From the NCBI GenBank assembly GCA_964580055.1, contig CAZOJI010000003.1, positions 35,511 to 99,510 on the forward strand: 64,000 bases of DNA. The letters run 5' to 3'. Positions 57,593-64,000 of the stretch are shown here, one piece after another. A program made the position numbers and the translations under genes. This DNA comes from an uncultured Gemmatimonadaceae bacterium. GTDB lineage: Bacteria > Gemmatimonadota > Gemmatimonadetes > Gemmatimonadales > GWC2-71-9. The notes beneath the pieces are model-generated. The model ran no database searches and was not told the origin of the DNA. It worked only from the letters and a program-made list of their open reading frames with translations. Positions within the stretch are counted from its first letter, which is position 1; the number at the start of each line of letters is the position of its first letter.

Positions 57593-58786
57593 CTACTCGA
57601 TGATATTGGTTACGACGCCGGCGCCGACGGTGCGTCCGCCCTCGCGAATAGCAAAACGCAACCCCTCTTCCATCGCGATCGGCGCGATCAACTCGATCGA
57701 CATCTTCGTGTTGTCGCCCGGCATCACCATCTCCACTCCCTCCGGCAATTGCACCGACCCCGTCACATCCGTCGTACGAAAATAAAACTGCGGTCGATAA
57801 CCCTTGAAAAACGGCGTGTGACGACCACCCTCATCCTTCGTCAATACATACACCTCAGCCTCAAACCTCGTGTGTGGAGTCACCGAACCAGGCTTCGCCA
57901 ATACCATCCCACGCTCTATCTCGTCCTTGTCTACCCCTCGCAACAACAAACCCACGTTGTCTCCCGCCTCACCCTCATCCAATAACTTCCGAAACATCTC
58001 CACACCCGTCACCACCGTCTTACGATTCGCCCCCAATCCCACCATCTCCACCTCCTCACCCACCTTGACACGACCTCGCTCAACCCTGCCAGTACCTACA
58101 GTACCACGTCCCGTAATCGAAAACACATCCTCCACTGGCATCAAAAACGGCTTGTCTACATCTCGCTCCGGAACCGGAATGTACGTGTCCAATGCCTCCA
58201 ATAACTCATCTATACTCCTCGTAGCCTCAGATCCAGGCTCACCACTCTCCAATGCACCCAAACAGTTACCCTTGATCACCGGTATGTCATCACCAGGAAA
58301 CTCATAACTGTTCAACAAATCCCGAACCTCCAACTCCACCAACTCCAACAACTCAGGATCATCCACCATGTCCACCTTACTCATGTACACTATGATGTAA
58401 GGAACATTCACCTGACGAGCCAATAACACATGCTCCCGAGTCTGCGGCATAGGACCGTCCGCCGCACTCACCACCAATACCGCACCATCCATCTGCGCCG
58501 CCCCCGTGATCATGTTCTTTACATAATCCGCGTGACCAGGACAATCCACATGCGCATAGTGCCGAGCCTCACTCTGATACTCTATGTGAGCCGTCGCTAT
58601 CGTTATACCTCGCTCACGCTCCTCCGGAGCCTTGTCTATCGCGTCAAACGGAACAAAATCCGCCAAACCACGAGCACCCTGTACTCGCGTGATCGCCGCC
58701 GTCAACGTCGTCTTACCATGATCCACATGACCAATCGTACCTACGTTCACATGCGGCTTCGTACGCTCAAACTTTTCCTTAGCCAT
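57593..58786 (-). CDS. tuf: Elongation factor Tu (with atypical codon usage over most of its length)
   Basis: [33 protein letters not shown]...[22 protein letters not shown]. See the finding on its compositional switch. Confidence 0.97.
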   Translation of the reverse strand: MAKEKFERTKPHVNVGTIGHVDHGKTTLTAAITRVQGARGLADFVPFDAIDKAPEERERGITIATAHIEYQSEARHYAHVDCPGHADYVKNMITGAAQMDGAVLVVSAADGPMPQTREHVLLARQVNVPYIIVYMSKVDMVDDPELLELVELEVRDLLNSYEFPGDDIPVIKGNCLGALESGEPGSEATRSIDELLEALDTYIPVPERDVDKPFLMPVEDVFSITGRGTVGTGRVERGRVKVGEEVEMVGLGANRKTVVTGVEMFRKLLDEGEAGDNVGLLLRGVDKDEIERGMVLAKPGSVTPHTRFEAEVYVLTKDEGGRHTPFFKGYRPQFYFRTTDVTGSVQLPEGVEMVMPGDNTKMSIELIAPIAMEEGLRFAIREGGRTVGAGVVTNIIE

Positions 58787-58798
58787 GGTCGAGATCCT

Positions 58799-60907
58799 CT
58801 AGCCCTTGATTCTCTTGATGATTTCGCCGGCCTTCGCCTCCGGCACTTCGGCGTAATGAGAAAACTGCATCGAGTATGCTGCGCGCCCCTGAGTCAACGA
58901 CCGTAGTGCCGTTGCGTATCCGAACATTTCCGCGAGCGGGACGCTCGCCCCAATCAAGTGCGCATCCTGCCTCTGAGTCATTCCACCAATCCTGCCACGT
59001 CGGCCATTCAAATTGCCGACTACGTCTCCGACATATTCAGATGGTGTTACCACCTCCACGTCCATGATGGGCTCCAAGAGAACCGGATTTGCCTTTTCGA
59101 TGGCTGACCTGAAGGCCATCGCGGCAGCGATCCTGAATGCCATCTCGCTGGAGTCGACCGAGTGAAAACTCCCGTCCACGAGTTCAACCTTGATGTCCAT
59201 CATGGCATAGCCCGCCAACACACCGTTCTCAAAGGCCCCTTTGACTCCCTCCTCAACAGGACCAATGAACTCCTTCGGGATAGCCCCGCCTACCGTCACG
59301 TCCTCAAAGATGAAGCCCTGGCCGCGTTCGAGCGGTTCGACGTTGATCACAACATCTCCGTACTGACCACGCCCACCGGTCTGCCGAGTGAATTTGCCCT
59401 GTACCGTCTCGACTCGCTTGGTGATGGTCTCTCGGTACGCCACCTGAGGACGGCCGATGTTCGCCTCGACAGTGAACTCCCGGCGCATTCGTTCTACCAG
59501 CACTTCGAGGTGCAACTCGCCCATTCCGGATATGATTGTCTGGCCGGTGTCTTGATCGGAACGTACGAGAAATGTCGGATCTTCGTCGGCGAGCTTGCGT
59601 AACGCGCCGGACAGCTTGTCCTGGTCGGCCTTGGTTTTGGGTTCTATCGCTACCGAAACCACGGGTTCGGGGAAACGCATGACTTCGAGGATTATCGGGT
59701 GATCTTCGTCGCACAGCGTATCACCTGTGCGAGTGTGCTTCAACCCGATCACCGCCGCGATATCACCCGCTCGAACCTCCTGGATCTCCGCGCGCTTGTT
59801 CGCGTGCATTTGCAGCAACCTGCCGACGCGCTCCTTTCGCGAGCGAGAAGAGTTGTGCACATGTGAACCAGCCTGCAACACTCCAGAGTAAACCCGAAAG
59901 AACGTCAGCTTTCCTACGTAGGGATCGGTCGCGATCTTGAATGCAAGCGCACTGAACGGCTCATCGTCGGAGGAGTGCCGTTGTTCCCTAGTCTCGTCGT
60001 GGTGCGGCAGGTGACCTGTGATCGGCGGGACTTCCATTGGACTGGGCAGATAATCGACTATACCGTCCAGAAGTCTCTGGACGCCCTTGTTCTTGAAAGC
60101 GGCACCACAAAAGACCGGTATCAAACCACCGCGCACCGTAGCCTCGCGGATAACCTTCCTTATGTCTCCTTCAGTGAGTTCCTCTCCATCCAGGTATCGC
60201 TGGAGCATTTCCTCGTCATATTCTACGGCGGCCTCGATCAGCTCATGGCGAAGCGCTGAGACCTTGTCTTTGAACGCTTCGGGGATCGGTCCCTCTTCCC
60301 ACTTGACTCCCTTGCTGTCCTCATCGTAGATGACGGCGACCTGGCGGACCAGGTCGATCAGCCCCGTGAACAGCTCGCCCGAAGCGAGAGGATACTGCAC
60401 GGGATACGCCTTCGCTCCCAGCCTCTCGCGCATCATGCTCAGACAGCGGTCAAAATCAGCTCCGACTCTGTCCATCTTGTTCACGAATACGATGCGCGGC
60501 ACGCCATACCGGTCGGCCTGGCGCCACACGGTTTCGGTCTGAGGCTCCACACCGCCGACGGCATCGAGCAACGTGACCGCACCGTCGAGAACACGCAGCG
60601 AACGTTCCACCTCGGCGGTGAAGTCAACATGGCCGGGGGTGTCGATTATGTTGATCTCGAAGACCTCGTTCGACCGCCCCCAAGTATGCTCCCACTCGCA
60701 GAACGTGGCCGCAGAAGTGATCGTGATACCACGCTCCTGCTCCTGCTCCATCCAATCCATCGTGGCCGTGCCGTCATGCACTTCGCCCAACTTGTGAGTA
60801 CGTCCCGTGTAATAGAGAATTCGCTCCGTGGTAGTCGTCTTCCCGGCATCGATGTGAGCCATGATGCCGATATTGCGAATCCTGTCCAGGGGCGTTTTAC
60901 GTGACAT
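58799..60907 (-). CDS. fusA: Elongation factor G
   Basis: [35 protein letters not shown]. Start at the internal ATG 60905-60907. Confidence 0.95.
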   Translation of the reverse strand: MSRKTPLDRIRNIGIMAHIDAGKTTTTERILYYTGRTHKLGEVHDGTATMDWMEQEQERGITITSAATFCEWEHTWGRSNEVFEINIIDTPGHVDFTAEVERSLRVLDGAVTLLDAVGGVEPQTETVWRQADRYGVPRIVFVNKMDRVGADFDRCLSMMRERLGAKAYPVQYPLASGELFTGLIDLVRQVAVIYDEDSKGVKWEEGPIPEAFKDKVSALRHELIEAAVEYDEEMLQRYLDGEELTEGDIRKVIREATVRGGLIPVFCGAAFKNKGVQRLLDGIVDYLPSPMEVPPITGHLPHHDETREQRHSSDDEPFSALAFKIATDPYVGKLTFFRVYSGVLQAGSHVHNSSRSRKERVGRLLQMHANKRAEIQEVRAGDIAAVIGLKHTRTGDTLCDEDHPIILEVMRFPEPVVSVAIEPKTKADQDKLSGALRKLADEDPTFLVRSDQDTGQTIISGMGELHLEVLVERMRREFTVEANIGRPQVAYRETITKRVETVQGKFTRQTGGRGQYGDVVINVEPLERGQGFIFEDVTVGGAIPKEFIGPVEEGVKGAFENGVLAGYAMMDIKVELVDGSFHSVDSSEMAFRIAAAMAFRSAIEKANPVLLEPIMDVEVVTPSEYVGDVVGNLNGRRGRIGGMTQRQDAHLIGASVPLAEMFGYATALRSLTQGRAAYSMQFSHYAEVPEAKAGEIIKRIKG

Positions 60908-61129
60908 GTCGTTCACTTTGCCATGCAGCGAGCGTGTGCGCTTCGGTGCTCTTCTCGACTTAGTGCTGATACGCGTTCCCAAATCTCTTTCCCAAGCAAT
61001 CAAATAGCGGGGCGACCGTCATCCGCCAGTTCGGACAGGTCTCGCTCCGCGTCCGTCGGGGAGTCATTCTCCCTGCGACGCAGGATCCCTTGCAGCAGGG
61101 TCCCGATGTTGTCGGTCTAAAGTCTCAAC

Positions 61130-61600
61130 TCACCACCGGTAATGAGCGAAGGCACGATTCGCCTCCGCCATTCGGTGCGTATCCTCCCTCTTCTTGATCG
61201 AACTACCTTCACCTCTCGAAGCAAGTATCAACTCGGCTGCCAAGCGTTCTGCCATGGATTTCTCGCCTCGTCCGGTCGAATACTGAATGACCCACCGCAT
61301 CGCCAGTGCAGCCCGCCGATCTTGTCTAACCTCGATAGGCACCTGATAAGTCGCGCCGCCAACCCTGCGGCTCTTGACCTCGAGCATTGGCTTGACGTTG
61401 TTCAACGCCTGTTTGAACACTTGCACGCCAGGCTGTCCACTGCGCTGCTCGATGAGATCCATGGATTTGTAGAACACCTTTTCCGCAGTAGACTTCTTGC
61501 CATCCGACATCAGGTGATTGATGAACTTCGACACCGTCTGGCTGTCGTAACGCGGGTCCGCTGGGACGTGACGCTTGACTGCCTTCGTTCGCCTGCTCAT
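61130..61600 (-). CDS. rpsG: 30S ribosomal protein S7
   Basis: [35 protein letters not shown]...AFAHYRW. Confidence 0.95.
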   Translation of the reverse strand: MSRRTKAVKRHVPADPRYDSQTVSKFINHLMSDGKKSTAEKVFYKSMDLIEQRSGQPGVQVFKQALNNVKPMLEVKSRRVGGATYQVPIEVRQDRRAALAMRWVIQYSTGRGEKSMAERLAAELILASRGEGSSIKKREDTHRMAEANRAFAHYRW

Positions 61601-61968
61601 TTGGGCCTCTTCGCGCCGTATTTCGAGCGGCTTCTACGACGGTCCGCAACACCAGCGGCGTCGAGCGTGCCTCGTACGATGTGGTAACGCACGCCAGGAA
61701 GGTCCTTCACGCGACCGCCCCTGATGAGAACGATGCTGTGTTCCTGCAAATTGTGTCCTTCTCCGGGAATGTAGCTCGTGACTTCGAATCCGTTCGTCAG
61801 GCGCACGCGTGCGACCTTCCGCAACGCAGAATTGGGTTTCTTGGGAGTCGTAGTATACACGCGCGTGCATACACCGCGCTTCTGAGGATTCCCCTTCAAC
61901 GCCGGCGCCTTGTCGGCCTTCCGCATCTCTTTGCGCCCGTATCGGACTAGCTGGTTGATCGTTGGCAT
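61597..61968 (-). CDS. rpsL: 30S ribosomal protein S12
   Basis: [14 protein letters not shown]...[35 protein letters not shown]. Confidence 0.96.
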   Translation of the reverse strand: MPTINQLVRYGRKEMRKADKAPALKGNPQKRGVCTRVYTTTPKKPNSALRKVARVRLTNGFEVTSYIPGEGHNLQEHSIVLIRGGRVKDLPGVRYHIVRGTLDAAGVADRRRSRSKYGAKRPK

Positions 61969-62037
61969 TCTCTATCCGGATCCGTAGTTCATTCCCGTCC
62001 GATCCCAACAGCATAAATGGATTGTTGAGAGCCTATA

Positions 62038-62066
62038 AAATTAGGTCCGGCAATACTGAGGGTCAA
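62038..62066 (-). promoter_or_regulatory. Candidate str-operon promoter
   Basis: Minus strand reads TTGACC-17 nt-TAATTT, about 65 nt upstream of the rpsL ATG, in the 217-nt rpoC-rpsL spacer. Confidence 0.3.
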
Positions 62067-62185
62067 GTACGAGGTTGACCGAACCGCCACATTCACCCGT
62101 TGAGATTTCAGCAATGGTTCCGTGATCGACGCCGCGTGTGGGCATCTCTGTGCCTCCCAGCGACGCCTATCACAGATCAGATCGA

Positions 62186-64000
62186 TCATATGTCAGCCTC
62201 TGTCTCCACAGGTGGGGGTGGGGATGCAGAAATGAATGGACTCCTCACTGCCCCGAATTCATCCTCCGGCTCAGGCGGTGGTGGTGGTGGCTCGAACCCC
62301 TCCGGCGGCTCGATCTCGATCTCAGAGTACCTGTAGATACCGGTTCCGGCGGGAATCAGGTGGCCGATGATGATATTCTCCTTCAAACCGAGCAGGTCGT
62401 CCCTCGCGCCACGAATCGAAGCGTCAGTAAGCACTCGTGTTGTTTCCTGGAACGATGCCGCTGACACGAACGACTGCGTGGTGAGCGATGCCTTCGTGAT
62501 GCCCAGAAGTAATGGCTCGTTCGTCGCCGGCTGTCCCCCGCGCTTGATGACACGCCCGTTCTTCTCTCGGAAGGTGATTCTGTCGACGCTCTCACCCTCG
62601 AGGAGCAGGGTGTCGCCTGGGTCCATCACTCGCACCTTCTGAAGCATCTGCCTCACGATCACGCCGATGTGTTTGTCGTTGATCTTGACGCCCTGAAGTC
62701 GATAGACCTCCTGGACCTCATTCAGCAGATACTCCTGCACTGCCCTCGGACCCTTGATGCGAAGTATGTCGTGGGGATTGACCGGTCCCTCGGTGAGCCT
62801 GTCACCAGCCCAGACGCGGTCGCCCTCGTGGACACGGAGGTGCTTCCCGGCAGCCACATCATAAACTTGCTGCTCACCCGAGTCCGGGGCAACTATGATC
62901 TCGCGCTTACCGCGCTTTATGTCGCCGAAACTCACAACTCCGTCGATCTCTGATATCGTGGCCGGATCTTTCGGACGTCTGGCCTCGAACAGCTCAGCGA
63001 CCCGGGGCAAACCACCCGTGATATCTCTCGTCTTGTAAGCTTCGCGCGAGATCTTCGCCAGCGTATTACCTGCCACCACCTCAGCTCCGTCATCAATCGT
63101 CAATTGTGCGCCTTCTGGGATGACGTAGTCGCGCACCTTCAGTTCCTTACCATTCTTGGTCTGCACGATTTCGATGTGCGGATGTAGCTTCTTCTCACGA
63201 TCTTCCGTAACGACTCGCTGCCGGCGCCCGGTTATCTCGTCCAACTCCTCTCGTATGGTTTCATCCTGTACGATGTCGACGAAGCGGACTTTGCCTTCAA
63301 CGTCCGTTATGATTGGGTTCGCGTAGGGATCCCAGGTGAACAGCAAGATCTCTCCCGTGTCTCCCGGCGAGGTTGCCTTCGGCCGCTTCACTTCCTGTCC
63401 ATCAACTACCGAGAGCGTTGCGCCAAGCGGGACCTGAAAACGCGATCTCACATGGCCTTCAGCATCCTTGATCTCTAATTCTCCATCATAGCCAGTGACG
63501 ACGACCTGACCGTCCTCAGTCTCAACGTACTTCAGGCGATCGCTGAAGCTCACCGTGCCCTCTATCTTTGTCCTACGGGACGTCTGCTCAGCGATTCGTG
63601 CGGAGGTTCCACCAATATGGAACGTTCGCAAAGTCAGCTGAGTGCCAGGTTCGCCAATTGACTGAGCTGCTAGGATTCCAACCGCTTCTCCAAGGTCGAC
63701 CAAGTCCATCGTGGCTAGGTTGCGGCCGTAGCACATCCTGCAGAGCCCACGCCGGGCTTCGCAGGTGAGAACCGACCTAATAGCCACAGTCTCGATTCCG
63801 GCATCGTCAATCCGTGCTGCGCCATTCTCGTCGATCAGCTGACCAGCGGGAACCAGAAGCTTGGGGTCACCATGGTCATCCAACTCATGCGGATCGAAAA
63901 TGTCTTCAGCGGCGACATTACCCACGATGCGCTCACCGAGAGGTTCTATTATGTCCTCACCTTCTTTGAGTGCGGTTACTTCCAATCCCAGGATCGTGCC
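62186..64000 (-). CDS. rpoC: DNA-directed RNA polymerase subunit beta' (C-terminal ~600 aa; 5' part beyond window)
   Basis: The frame is open to the window edge (GTILGLEVTALKEG...). ...AAQSIGEPGTQLTLRTFHIGG...ASFQETTRVLT...GLKENIIIGHLIPAGTG. The ORF-track M at 63985 is an internal TTG. Confidence 0.95.
   Translation of the reverse strand, partial: GTILGLEVTALKEGEDIIEPLGERIVGNVAAEDIFDPHELDDHGDPKLLVPAGQLIDENGAARIDDAGIETVAIRSVLTCEARRGLCRMCYGRNLATMDLVDLGEAVGILAAQSIGEPGTQLTLRTFHIGGTSARIAEQTSRRTKIEGTVSFSDRLKYVETEDGQVVVTGYDGELEIKDAEGHVRSRFQVPLGATLSVVDGQEVKRPKATSPGDTGEILLFTWDPYANPIITDVEGKVRFVDIVQDETIREELDEITGRRQRVVTEDREKKLHPHIEIVQTKNGKELKVRDYVIPEGAQLTIDDGAEVVAGNTLAKISREAYKTRDITGGLPRVAELFEARRPKDPATISEIDGVVSFGDIKRGKREIIVAPDSGEQQVYDVAAGKHLRVHEGDRVWAGDRLTEGPVNPHDILRIKGPRAVQEYLLNEVQEVYRLQGVKINDKHIGVIVRQMLQKVRVMDPGDTLLLEGESVDRITFREKNGRVIKRGGQPATNEPLLLGITKASLTTQSFVSAASFQETTRVLTDASIRGARDDLLGLKENIIIGHLIPAGTGIYRYSEIEIEPPEGFEPPPPPPEPEDEFGAVRSPFISASPPPPVETEADI

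Noticed and set aside
1-64000. CRISPR arrays, tRNA/rRNA genes, IS elements, integrases, prophage or toxin-antitoxin/defence genes
   Set aside because: I scanned the intergenic regions and the ORF list. There are no regularly spaced repeats, no T-loop GGTTCGAAT contexts and no transposase- or integrase-like ORFs. This was a by-eye scan, so short or degenerate elements could have been missed.

Overview
64-kb window from a moderately GC-rich bacterium (roughly high-50s % GC by eye) with a diderm-type envelope: lipobox lipoprotein, TonB-C-like domain, Wzc-type BY-kinase, PilT and MglAB. The phylum cannot be fixed without a database search; Gemmatimonadota- or Myxococcota-like is only a guess. About 70 genes are tightly packed, with many 1-4 nt stop/start overlaps, and more than 85 % lie on the minus strand. 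Left third (1-18.5 kb) is housekeeping: grpE (partial), cinA, pgsA, mglB-mglA, recR, ybaB, dnaX, an SRP RNA hidden in a spurious dnaX ORF extension, trkHA, ltaE, cobB, ispG and class II RNR nrdJ. Centre (18.5-28.2 kb) is the most accessory-looking part. It is a Ser/Thr phosphosignalling and cell-envelope cluster. One arm encodes a lipoprotein amidase, a zinc-ribbon Hanks kinase with a PEGA/TonB-C-like ectodomain, and a gamma-CA-like protein. The divergent 4-gene operon encodes a triple zinc-ribbon double-FHA protein, a second zinc-ribbon kinase, a membrane PP2C phosphatase, and an FHA-TM-coiled-coil-trypsin-like protease fusion. A truncated murQ-like relic marks its right border. Next come pdaD-speB (pyruvoyl arginine decarboxylase route to putrescine), priA, glyQS, an orphan BY-kinase, purA, a pilT-containing mixed operon, trpS, suhB and map. 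The right third (46.9-64 kb) is the secY-spc-S10-tuf-fusA-rpsG-rpsL cluster plus the 3' end of rpoC. The most striking sequence-level anomaly is an abrupt codon-usage and strand-composition switch covering about 1.07 kb of tuf. No CRISPR array, tRNA, rRNA, transposase or integrase was recognised.
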